Source: an uncultured Nitrososphaerales archaeon (GTDB lineage: Archaea; Thermoproteota; Nitrososphaeria; Nitrososphaerales; Nitrososphaeraceae). From it: a stretch of 64,000 nt of DNA. Below the pieces are notes generated by a model, which was given only the letters and a program-made list of their open reading frames with translations, searched no databases and was not told the DNA's origin. The stretch covers positions 96,001 through 160,000 of the forward strand of contig CAVPXM010000053.1 of assembly GCA_963709405.1 (NCBI GenBank). The letters run 5' to 3'. Shown here in pieces: positions 55,041 through 64,000 of this stretch; positions within the stretch are counted from its first letter, which is position 1, and the number at the start of each line of letters is the position of its first letter. A program made the translations under genes and the position numbers.

Positions 55041-55449
55041 ACATATCTAGATCTCAGTTTCGTGGTAAAAAAGCTTTATCTTGATGAGTGGTTCTAATTA
55101 CGTTTAGCTTACCTAGATGCATTTTTATAATCGAATACCGATCGTCTTTAATTGAAATAACTCACATTCATTTTAAGAATTTCTTAATGGTGGTCTAAAT
55201 TGAGCCAATAGAGTGTATTTGCGACCGCAATTAGATTACACTAATAGGGATTGCTAATACATCTTCAACAGATGAACACTTGCCTCAGCGTGGAGTGTAT
55301 AAATGCGATATAAAGATGTTGTATATATTAGTTTTATGGTACGCCAGATCTGCTCTATCACCTTGTATAAAAAATCTTGACCACGAACTCAAACATTTTT
55401 TCTTCATGTATATATAGTCATAATTACAAGTCTATAGTATAAAACGTAA

Positions 55450-55791
55450 ATGTATAGAGATAAGAAAGATATGAAGGCCCTGTCCTCGATGGGGGAAACA
55501 ACGACAAATAATAAAAGCAATAACGCTGAGGCATATAATGTTAATCAGGATAACGCCATTTCAGATGATAATTGGTCTAGCATATATGACTCAAAAGTTC
55601 TCGCAAAGACCAAAGAAGGCATGTTATGTGGTAATGTCGTAGCTGAGTATAATGATAATATAGTATTGATAGATTTTGCCGCATCAAACCTACAGGAGTA
55701 TCTTGTTCCAAAGTCAACAATCGAGCGATATGATGGCAAGTATTTGTATTTGACTATTCCGCATGATGTACTAACCTCATATGGATATTAA
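55450..55791 (+). CDS. Hypothetical small beta-barrel (PRC-like) protein
   Basis: KVLAKTKEG..GNVV..EYLVPKSTIERYDGKYLYL. Confidence 0.65.
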   Translation: MYRDKKDMKALSSMGETTTNNKSNNAEAYNVNQDNAISDDNWSSIYDSKVLAKTKEGMLCGNVVAEYNDNIVLIDFAASNLQEYLVPKSTIERYDGKYLYLTIPHDVLTSYGY

Positions 55792-56118
55792 TCTCGAATG
55801 ATATAAGATACTCGTTAGATATATATGGACAAGTTAAGCTTTTCATTATGCAACCGAGTTTTTATTTGAGTATTGAATCTATCTTTGAGATGGTTCTGGG
55901 TGTAAGTGCGTCGCGTTATGATTAACTGTCCATTCTTCACTACAAAGTAATTTTAAAGTGGAATAAGCAGCTTATCTCGGCTTAGGGATATAACGATGTC
56001 TCGATGATTAGCATATTTGTTAAGACATTCGTACAATATAGTGATAAAACACAAAGATCGTATCTAATAAAAACTAGTCATCATTAGTAGTCCAAGGGAC
56101 TTGCTTAAAACTCTAATA

Positions 56119-56268
56119 ATGTATGGCCTGGAAAGGGAGATTGAAGTATGCGATGAATGCGAACAAGATTTCCTATTGATGGATCGTAGATGTAATTGCG
56201 GCAAAAGATTGTGCACCTCGTGTTACAAATGGCATAGAGAGAGTAGTGGAGTATTTGGAATGTCGTAA
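56119..56268 (+). CDS. Cys-rich B-box/AN1-like zinc-finger microprotein (49 aa)
   Basis: MYGLEREIEVCDECEQDFLLMDRRCNCGKRLCTSCYKWHRESSGVFGMS*. Confidence 0.65.
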   Translation: MYGLEREIEVCDECEQDFLLMDRRCNCGKRLCTSCYKWHRESSGVFGMS

Positions 56269-56404
56269 GTAAATCAAAACTGACTGGAGATCAAATGCAA
56301 AATCTACTCAATCTATTTATATTTGGTTAGGCGAGGAGATTGAAAATATTACTAATGTCCGGCATAATAACCTTATAAGATATCAGCCATCTTCCTAACA
56401 ATAT

Positions 56405-56923
56405 ATGGAACAAGCACTTAAGGAAAAGAGGAAGTCCAGAGCGATACTACTTGCCACCATTTTTGGTTTATCGATAATTCTGTGGACTCAGCCCGAATAT
56501 CATGCAGCTAGGGCTCAAAATAATTACCCATTATTAATTCATGGTGGTGGCAGGGGTACAATTGTCTGTGTCGATGGATCTTCTGTGCAATCTGATATTT
56601 CATTTATAATAGCCTCGCATAAAAATCAAGGCAACGTGACTGGTAATTGGACTATTAATGATTTTAGCGATCCATATGTATCTGGTTCCGTTGTTACCGG
56701 GGGTCCAATATATAGCGGCAGCGCAAACTTACTACAGTATAACGCAACTGGAGAAACCCATAATACCAAGGAGAAAATAAGACTCTGCAATCCTGCCCTC
56801 TTTGCTCCCATATCTATAGTTGGACAGTGTGGGCATAACGTCATCATTGATGTGGGATTGAAAACAGATGAACTCTTCGATATTGTGAACCCATTCTATG
56901 GAGATGTCGTTTGCCAGCGCTAG
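56405..56923 (+). CDS. Secreted hypothetical protein
   Basis: Signal peptide ending AARA; beta-rich with 4 Cys. Confidence 0.75.
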   Translation: MEQALKEKRKSRAILLATIFGLSIILWTQPEYHAARAQNNYPLLIHGGGRGTIVCVDGSSVQSDISFIIASHKNQGNVTGNWTINDFSDPYVSGSVVTGGPIYSGSANLLQYNATGETHNTKEKIRLCNPALFAPISIVGQCGHNVIIDVGLKTDELFDIVNPFYGDVVCQR

Positions 56924-57170
56924 TGCTAAAAGTTAATGTTTTGAAGTATGCTAAACTTCCAATTTGCGCTAATTAAGAATTTGGAAGCATATGGCAGTAG
57001 AAGACACTGACAGGAAATTTGTCGAATTGAAAATAGATAGAGATTAAGTTACCTTAGATCGGTTAGGCCATGAAACTAATCTTTGGTCTGAACAGGTAAA
57101 TAGTAGTTAGTAACCTATAATGTCTAGAGAATAATTTTTATTAGACAAAGGTCAGGTGCGTATTGGGACA

Positions 57171-58010
57171 TCACTTAGGGGCATTTGCTTCTACTGGTTT
57201 AAAATCCAGTACTCCATTAATATCTAATAAGTCAATCTCATTAGCCATCTCCTTGGCTTCGTCAGTTTCTTGATTGTATTCATCCATACATTTGTTGTAG
57301 AATTTACACCATGGGCATTTGCTACTCCTCTTCGCTTCGGCAAGTTTTGGCAATATAGAAACATCGTTTTCTTGTAGTGCTTTCAAAAACAGGTTCTTGC
57401 GCCTTACCATTTCATTCTTAAGAATTTCTCTTGAGATATCACCTTTGGGTATATATACAGACCAGCTCTCTATACCTGCTTCCTTTCCGTCGCGTGGTCT
57501 GAAGTAATAATCACCTTCCGAATCACTCCGTATCCATCTGAATTCCTTGCTGTTATATCTGATAGAAAGAATGCCTTTTTCGATACCGGTTATTACAAGA
57601 TAGTACAGTAGCTGCCTCAGATACGACCTAAACCTCTCGTCTGTTATATCTAACCTCTTTCCGCTAAGTGTATCTTTTAACTCTACTATAACGTCCTTGC
57701 CGAGCATGACATCCGGATGCGAGATTATTCCATCTGTCTCTATTTCAGGCTGCGCTACCCCGACATTCGCGAGACTGGTAATGACGAATTCGCTGGACTC
57801 TCCTCTTACAAAATGATGGACTGATTCACTAGAGATAGGATCCAATTCAGGATATTTTCGTGAATAGAACTGTTTTCTAATACAAGTAGTTGGTATAATA
57901 TCTGAAACATGCACTTTTTCATCAATTCGTCGTCTTTGTTCATACCTTAATCTCAGGTTTTCCTCAAGGAGCTCGGTGAACTCTTTATCCCTACGAATGG
58001 TTATGGTCAT
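57171..58010 (-). CDS. Solo Cas4-like RecB-family nuclease (4Fe-4S)
   Basis: VHVSD..TTCIRK, RGE, HPD, VELKD, QLLYY and CPWCKFYNKC; no cas1, cas2 or array nearby. Confidence 0.85.
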   Translation of the reverse strand: MTITIRRDKEFTELLEENLRLRYEQRRRIDEKVHVSDIIPTTCIRKQFYSRKYPELDPISSESVHHFVRGESSEFVITSLANVGVAQPEIETDGIISHPDVMLGKDVIVELKDTLSGKRLDITDERFRSYLRQLLYYLVITGIEKGILSIRYNSKEFRWIRSDSEGDYYFRPRDGKEAGIESWSVYIPKGDISREILKNEMVRRKNLFLKALQENDVSILPKLAEAKRSSKCPWCKFYNKCMDEYNQETDEAKEMANEIDLLDINGVLDFKPVEANAPK

Positions 58011-58046
58011 CTACTCAAAACTGTACCTATCCAGTTTATCTCTTAA

Positions 58047-58135
58047 CAATATCATGCCAATTCTCATCAATACTTTATTGATACTATTATAGTATCTATC
58101 ATATTATTTAATACCAATATGTATATTTTTGTATC
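58047..58135. promoter_or_regulatory. Phased RTAY motifs with two overlapping 7-bp inverted repeats upstream of the Cas4-like gene
   Basis: RTAY at about 10-bp spacing from 58049 to 58131; ATCAATA-N3-TATTGAT (58066-58082) and GATACTA-N3-TAGTATC (58080-58096). Confidence 0.4.
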
Positions 58136-58467
58136 AGCGAATGTGCCTCTACCTGATATAACCTACTATGACAGCAGGCAGACATGTTGATAGTGATTGG
58201 AATTAGCTAATCCCTAGACATTTTGGAGCCGGCCATCCATCATCTATGAAGCCCATTATTAATTCAACGCTATATCATTGACCTAGTTTGTGTACAAAAT
58301 AAGACGTTAGCAATTACCTCCTTGCCCACTGAAAAATTCTCACCTTTGGATTCCGTTAAAATATTTAATGGTCTCGATTTCGGGCCAGTATTTATCTATG
58401 AATGAATCAGTGCGTGCCGGAACAAATGTTATATTATTATTAGCATTTCGTAAAACATTATAGCTAT

Positions 58468-58785
58468 ATGCAATACCATAAGGCCGCCTTTCTTGGTTCA
58501 GAAAGGTCAAAAAAAGCCCAGATGAAATTGTTTGATTATACTGGATTCGCCATGTTAACTTACACGATTAAACATAGTAAGAATAACTTTGAGCCAGTGG
58601 GTGAAGAAATGCTTGTTGGGAAAATGGTCAGGGGTGATGAAACAATGCTATTTATATGTGACAAAGATGGTTATGCAAAAGCTCAATCGAGACCATTAGC
58701 TAACAGCAAAGGGGAAGAGATATACAAAAAAATAATAAACGATGGAATTTCCGAATTTATCGGGGATATCAAGACCGTCACTTGA
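58468..58785 (+). CDS. Conserved hypothetical protein
   Basis: 105-aa ATG ORF with upstream TATA-like sequence, convergent with pyrH. Confidence 0.75.
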   Translation: MQYHKAAFLGSERSKKAQMKLFDYTGFAMLTYTIKHSKNNFEPVGEEMLVGKMVRGDETMLFICDKDGYAKAQSRPLANSKGEEIYKKIINDGISEFIGDIKTVT

Positions 58786-59491
58786 TAACTATGATTTCAG
58801 TCCCAACATAATTCTTATTTTCTACTGCATTTTTGATATTAACAGTCTCGGATCTTAGGATTCGGGTAGGAATTTTAGAACGTTCTATGACTTTGAGTGC
58901 GACAATGTCCATCAGATCATATGTGCCAGCAATGAAACTCTCGCTCTCAAGAATCCTCATACATTCCTGAATTGTAATCTTCTTTAGAAGTCGAGCATCT
59001 TTATTAAGGTTCGGATCTGAGTCGTAGATTCCATCAACATCAGTAGCATTCAGAAATTTCGATGCCTTTACTATTTCAGCAATCAATGCGGATGTGGCGT
59101 TAGTACTCTGTCCCGGATGTAGACCACCTGTTACTACTATTCTGCCACTCTCCACTGCTATAGCAACTTCTTCTAGAGTTTTTGGGATCTTAGGATAGGC
59201 CCTTTCTTGAAGGGCAGTTTGCAACAACTTTGCGTTTAATCTCGAAACATCGATTCCCATAATATCTAAATTTGCCTCGTCTGAACCTAAGGCTCTTGCA
59301 AGATTGATATAATGCCGAGCAATTTTTCCACCTCCCGAGATAACGATTGGTTGAATCTCGTTATTAATGGATAATAACATCTCAGCATATTCTCCAATCA
59401 ATCTTTCATTAGCATCTTGACCAAATATGCTTCCACTTAGCTTAATCACTATTCTATCCTTGGATTTGGGTTTCAGAAATAGGTCATCCAT
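58778..59491 (-). CDS. pyrH: UMP kinase
   Basis: IKLSGS, SGGGKIAR, PGQSTNA and TDVDGIYDSDP. ATG 59491 overlaps the reconstructed stop of the upstream HD gene. Confidence 0.95.
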   Translation of the reverse strand: MDDLFLKPKSKDRIVIKLSGSIFGQDANERLIGEYAEMLLSINNEIQPIVISGGGKIARHYINLARALGSDEANLDIMGIDVSRLNAKLLQTALQERAYPKIPKTLEEVAIAVESGRIVVTGGLHPGQSTNATSALIAEIVKASKFLNATDVDGIYDSDPNLNKDARLLKKITIQECMRILESESFIAGTYDLMDIVALKVIERSKIPTRILRSETVNIKNAVENKNYVGTEIIVIK

Positions 59492-60735
59492 GTTTTGATC
59501 CCTCTCTTTCAATAACGCTTCTAATACACCTTTCAACTGCATTTCTGCTTTCAGCTGTTGTATACACCCTTAACATATTGAGGAAGCCTGTTATTGAATC
59601 AATAATAGGTATTTCAGATACAGGAATCTCGTAGGCCCGCTCTCTATCGGAGAGTACCTACTGAACTAATCTCCTTTTTGCTTGGGGTCAATGGTATTGA
59701 TGATGCTCTTGATGAATCTACAAAGACAGTAGCTTCGCTAACACCAGCTGTTTCTGCTATCCGTATTCCTAGTCCATTCAACGCGTCTCTATTGATTTTT
59801 TTGAACGTGGGGTCATGCTTATGATGAAATTTTTCATATACACACTTTAAGAGTTTTCTTGATCTATAGTCTCTTGCCAGCTTGGCCGCAATTTCATTCT
59901 CACCATTAAGCGTAATAATCCTTTCAAGCACGTTCTCGTCAGTCAATTCCGAGAATTTTTCTAGAGAAACATCTGTCAAATTTAGCTGTTCGTCAGCGAG
60001 AAGCATGGAATGTAATAGCATCACCTCTGCAGATCTAACTGTCTTATGAAAATAAACTGCCTTGAACATTTCATATCTGGATATTAACATCGATTCAAAG
60101 GAATATAGAGCCGATCTATCTATTGCTAAGCGCTCGTTAGTTACTACTTGAAAGGACCCAACGAGTCTATGATAGTCAATATTGCCATACTCGGCGCCAG
60201 TGAACATACCATCTCTAGGCAAATAATCCATTATATCAGCAGATAGGCTTCCCGCAATGATTTCGTCCAGAAATCTTATTTTTGACTGCCCGCATGACAG
60301 TCTTGAAACAGTGGACGAGTTATAGCCATGTCTTGAAATGATGTCACTGATTTCACTTTTCAAAATAATTTCCATTCCGATATCTTCATGATTTTTTCGA
60401 CCTTTTTCGTCCAAGACCTCCTCAAATAAATGCGAAAAAGGTCCATGACCTATATCGTGGAGTAGAGCAACCAGTCTAATCTCCTGTATTTTGTCTTCAC
60501 TATCCAGATATCCTTTTGAAAAAAGAGTTTCTCCTGCGTATCCTGCTATATGCATAGTTCCAAGAGAGTGCTCGAAGCGAGAATGTTGTGCACTTGGATA
60601 TACTAGGTGTGCTCCCGCGAGTTGTCTAATCCTTCTAAGTCGCTGAAAGAATTCGTTATCTAAGATGTCGTGCTCAAGCTCTGTAAATCGAATGTGTTTA
60701 TGTATCGGATCGGTTATTTCTCCAACAAATTTCAT
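59484..60735 (-). CDS. HD-superfamily phosphohydrolase (dGTPase/SAMHD1-like), +1 insertion near 59657
   Basis: DPIH, QRLRRIRQL, HSRFEHSLG, LLHDIGHGPFSH, DIMDYLPRD and VYFHK. The C-terminus VLSDRERAYEIP..LRVYT continues in a shifted frame to TGA 59484. Confidence 0.88.
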
Positions 60736-60746
60736 GATTATGACAA

Positions 60747-61340
60747 TTAATTGACTAATAATTTCTCTACAAGTTTTAGCACATCTTCGTGGACCTGCTC
60801 TCTGCTTCTTTCTCCATCGATTTCCTTCCAGTTGAATAGCTTTGCAAGCTCATGGTAATTCTTATGTACTCTCAACAATAATTTTTGATCTTTTTCGAAT
60901 AAATCGTGGTCGTTAACTAGCCTTTCCTCTATTATGTATGGTTTTGCTTTAAGGATTATGACTAGATCTTCCATTGGGATACCCTGATCCAAATTTAGTA
61001 ACCACCTCAAGTCTAGGCCATTTGATACACCATAAACTAGGTTAGATTGGTAATATCTGTTCATTATCAAAATGGTGCCACTCTCCATGGCGATCTCTAT
61101 TTCCTTCTTCTTTTCCCATCGATTGGCAGAAAGAAGCATATGTTTCAATTCGGTAGGATACTCACGTTTGCAGTCTAAGAATGCACGGATCTCCGAACCT
61201 ATTGGTGTATTGTAATCAGGAAAATTGAGTATTGAACAACTCTTGCCGGAACGCCTCAGGAATTCCATGAGCAGTTTAGATTGTGTTGTTTTACCTACTT
61301 TATCCGTTCCTTCAATCACTATTATCCTGCCATTTTTCAA
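60747..61340 (-). CDS. tmk: Thymidylate kinase
   Basis: IEGTDKVGKTTQ, FPDY and MNRYYQSNLVYG; TTG 61340 is the preferred start. Confidence 0.93.
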   Translation of the reverse strand: MKNGRIIVIEGTDKVGKTTQSKLLMEFLRRSGKSCSILNFPDYNTPIGSEIRAFLDCKREYPTELKHMLLSANRWEKKKEIEIAMESGTILIMNRYYQSNLVYGVSNGLDLRWLLNLDQGIPMEDLVIILKAKPYIIEERLVNDHDLFEKDQKLLLRVHKNYHELAKLFNWKEIDGERSREQVHEDVLKLVEKLLVN

Positions 61341-61577
61341 TATACAAATTCGGGAGCATGCTAGCATAAAAGGATGATGAGGATCGGCTTGATTCTAACG
61401 ATCCGATCAAATTTGTTTAAAATGTATTGTTGCTTCCGATAAAAACTAAAGAAAAAGAGACACCTTACGTAAAGGGATTTATATAGAGCTTTGCTGCTTT
61501 TGATACCTTTGATACTGTTAAGAAGATAGTATAGCAAATCAACACTTAAATCTTGATGATATCTATATTAATTAAGA

Positions 61578-61910
61578 ATGACTGAGTTATCAAACTTAAC
61601 ACTTCAGTTTGGCGTTGGAGGCTTTGAATGGGTCATTATTATTGTTATTGTTGTAGTGCTTATTTTTGGAGTAAAGAAAATTCCTGAACTTGCCAGATCT
61701 TTTGGCAAGGCATCATCTGAATATGAAAAGGCCAAGATTGAGGCAAAGAATGAGCTACAGAGAGTTAGAAATAAGAATGTGGATGTAGTAGGACGAGAAA
61801 AACTTGAATCAATAGCTGAAACTTTGGGTATAGATTATACAAACAAGAATGATGAGGAGCTTAGGGTTGCGATCGATGCTGAAATCAATAGGAGTAAGAA
61901 CCAGCCCTAA
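61578..61910 (+). CDS. tatA: Twin-arginine translocase subunit TatA/E
   Basis: EWVIIIVIVVVLIFGVKKIPELARSFGKA. Confidence 0.92.
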   Translation: MTELSNLTLQFGVGGFEWVIIIVIVVVLIFGVKKIPELARSFGKASSEYEKAKIEAKNELQRVRNKNVDVVGREKLESIAETLGIDYTNKNDEELRVAIDAEINRSKNQP

Positions 61911-62033
61911 GAAGCATAACCTTTTTTGATGCTATCAAACTCTTTTCGTTACTCAGTATATTACCATTTAGTCAATAGAATTCGACTTTTATTAGAAGAA
62001 AAAGGATAAGATTAAACAATGCTATCAAATTTG

Positions 62034-63155
62034 CTAATAATGCTTCAAGATTTTGTAAAAATTGTCCCTCTCTAGTGGTTCGTAGCCAATCTGCCTTATA
62101 GCATTTATGATTTTGGTGGATGTTAATTCTGTTGACCTGGCCCCAGTTGCGCTTACTACCTCTTCTCCAATGAGAGTGCCTCCAAAATCATCAGCGCCGT
62201 AATATAACGCGAGTTGAGCCATGCCTATTCCATTCGTCAGCCACGATGATTGTAAATGATCGATTAAGCCGTAATATGCTATCCTCGAAACCGCAATCAT
62301 CTTTAATAAATTTAGTCCACCTGATGAATAGCGTATGTGGCCTTCTGATTTCATCTCAGTCGCGTTTGGTTCAAAACTCCATGGTATAAATGCCATAAAT
62401 CCTCCTGTTTTTTCTTGTAATTTTGCAATCTTCATAATATGTCGAGCCTGTTGTTCTTCATTCTCAACAGTGCCATACATCATTGTTGCTGATGATTTCA
62501 TGCCTAGCATATGTGCTTCTTCCATTATTCTGAGCCATTCATCGCTCTTTATTTTTAGAGGGCTAATCTCTGCCTTTACGTCATCGTCAAGAATTTCTGC
62601 ACCCGCCCCTGGAAGTGTATCTAATCCTGCTTCCTTCAGTCTGGCGAGTACCTCTTTTGTACTACTTCTTTCGATTTTAGCGATCATATCTACCTCGGAT
62701 GGTGATAACCCATGAATAGCTATTTCTGAACTTTTCTTTATTGCATTAAAGACACTTTCAAAGTATTCTAATCTCAGGCTTGGATTGTGCCCCCCTTGAA
62801 TTAGCACTTGAGTAGTACCTAGCGTTTGTGCAGAAGTTAGAACTCGTTTCAGTACTTCTTCTTTGGACAAAGTATAGGCGTCTTGATGTCCAGGTGGTCT
62901 GTAAAAAGCACAAAATTTGCAATAAGTTACACAAACATTTGTATAATTTAGTATTATGTTATTAATAAAAGACGCGGTATTTCCATATAACTTTTGCCTC
63001 AACACATTTGCTACTGCTCCTAACGCAACTACATCATTAGATTTAATTAATCGTATACATTCTTTTATTCCAATATGATGACCAAGTGCATTTTCCACTA
63101 TATCGCAGATGTCAGATTTCATGATTAAATCTTGCGTGAGCCTGATATTCTTCAA
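62034..63155 (-). CDS. mqnC: Cyclic dehypoxanthine futalosine synthase (radical SAM)
   Basis: NYTNVCVTYCKFCAFYR, LIQGGHNP, PGAGAEIL, ATMMYG and AFIPWSFEP. Confidence 0.85.
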   Translation of the reverse strand: MKNIRLTQDLIMKSDICDIVENALGHHIGIKECIRLIKSNDVVALGAVANVLRQKLYGNTASFINNIILNYTNVCVTYCKFCAFYRPPGHQDAYTLSKEEVLKRVLTSAQTLGTTQVLIQGGHNPSLRLEYFESVFNAIKKSSEIAIHGLSPSEVDMIAKIERSSTKEVLARLKEAGLDTLPGAGAEILDDDVKAEISPLKIKSDEWLRIMEEAHMLGMKSSATMMYGTVENEEQQARHIMKIAKLQEKTGGFMAFIPWSFEPNATEMKSEGHIRYSSGGLNLLKMIAVSRIAYYGLIDHLQSSWLTNGIGMAQLALYYGADDFGGTLIGEEVVSATGARSTELTSTKIINAIRQIGYEPLERDNFYKILKHY

Positions 63156-63242
63156 TACTAGTACAATGCAGAACTGTTTATACTATTTAATCCTTACAAG
63201 AGGTTTGCTAAGCTTCCTAGTAACATATATTTTATATTTGGA

Positions 63243-64000
63243 ATGATAGATTATAGTTTGCTAAGTAATATTCAAGGTGCAACGAATGCGCTGGAAAAGG
63301 CCCTTGCGGGAGAAGAGTTATCGTTCGAAGATGGTTTGCAGTTAATAAAGGAAGAGAATTTGTTCTCTTTAGGTGCCGCAGCTGATAAGATCCGTAACAA
63401 CACTTGCGGAAATACGGTTACGTTTACTTCCTCGTATTACTTGAATTATACAAATGTTTGTGCTGCAAGTTGTCCACTATGTGCATTCTACCGAAAAGGT
63501 GACGAAGGTGATGCATATACTCTAACTATCGAACAGATTGTAGCAAGAGCAGGAATAGCAGTAAAGCAAATGGGAGCGACAGAACTCCATATAGTTGGCG
63601 GTTTTCATCCCAAACTAGGACTCGAATATTTCGAAACCATGATGAAAGCAATAAAGAGAAATTACCCAAATGTAACAATTAAGGCGCTAACTCCAGCGGA
63701 AATTTTTTTCATTGCAAGATTGACTAAAAACTCCATAAAGGAAGTATTACTTAGATTGCAGGATGCAGGATTAGATACACTTCCGGGCGGTGGAGCTGAA
63801 ATTTTCAGTCCAGAATCGAGAGACAAGATTGTTAGAGGAAAATGTTCAGGCGAAGAATGGCTGGATACAGCTCGCCAGGCACACGAATTAGGACTCACCA
63901 GCAACTCGACCATGCTCTTTGGCCATGTTGAGAAATTAGAAGATATTGTCGATCATATCTTGAAGATAAGAGATCTTCATAAAAAAACAAATGGCTTTAA
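63243..64000 (+). CDS. mqnE: Aminofutalosine synthase-like radical SAM enzyme (partial, runs off window)
   Basis: Open frame from ATG 63243 or TTG 63258: NYTNVCAASCPLCAF, ELHIVGGFHP, IKALTPAEI, PGGGAEIF and SNSTMLFGHVE. Confidence 0.8.
   Translation, partial: MIDYSLLSNIQGATNALEKALAGEELSFEDGLQLIKEENLFSLGAAADKIRNNTCGNTVTFTSSYYLNYTNVCAASCPLCAFYRKGDEGDAYTLTIEQIVARAGIAVKQMGATELHIVGGFHPKLGLEYFETMMKAIKRNYPNVTIKALTPAEIFFIARLTKNSIKEVLLRLQDAGLDTLPGGGAEIFSPESRDKIVRGKCSGEEWLDTARQAHELGLTSNSTMLFGHVEKLEDIVDHILKIRDLHKKTNGF

Noticed and set aside
57171-58010. CRISPR-Cas locus
   Set aside because: No cas1, cas2, effector genes or array anywhere in the window.

Overview
This AT-rich archaeal chromosome segment is most consistent with a soil ammonia-oxidising archaeon (Nitrososphaeraceae, Nitrososphaerota), inferred from the DnaJ-ferredoxin fusion, the futalosine genes mqnC/mqnE, many winged-HTH and Zn-finger microproteins, and BHB-intron tRNAs. 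Core genes include aIF1A, oligoendopeptidase F, guaB, smc, ctaA, dtdA, spt5, rpl11, a thermosome subunit, pyrH, tmk, tatA, mqnC and mqnE. They are interspersed with accessory DNA: a decayed IS481 element, a pseudogenised solute-binding protein opposite a sensor kinase, an AAA+ ATPase, a solo Cas4-like nuclease and two degraded HTH/coiled-coil genes. The most notable observations are: (i) both HTH/coiled-coil genes have helically phased (10-11 bp) short-repeat arrays just upstream, and a weaker array precedes the Cas4-like gene; (ii) a KaiC-like ATPase/Zn-finger/class III cyclase fusion with non-canonical specificity residues, plus a membrane HD protein with class I PDE-like motifs; (iii) two tRNAs that each carry two BHB introns, including an initiator tRNA-Met with introns at 18/19 and 52/53; (iv) an apparent TTA start codon on aIF1A. 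Several single-base insertions in conserved genes suggest read or assembly errors, so frameshift-based calls are provisional. No CRISPR array or rRNA was seen.
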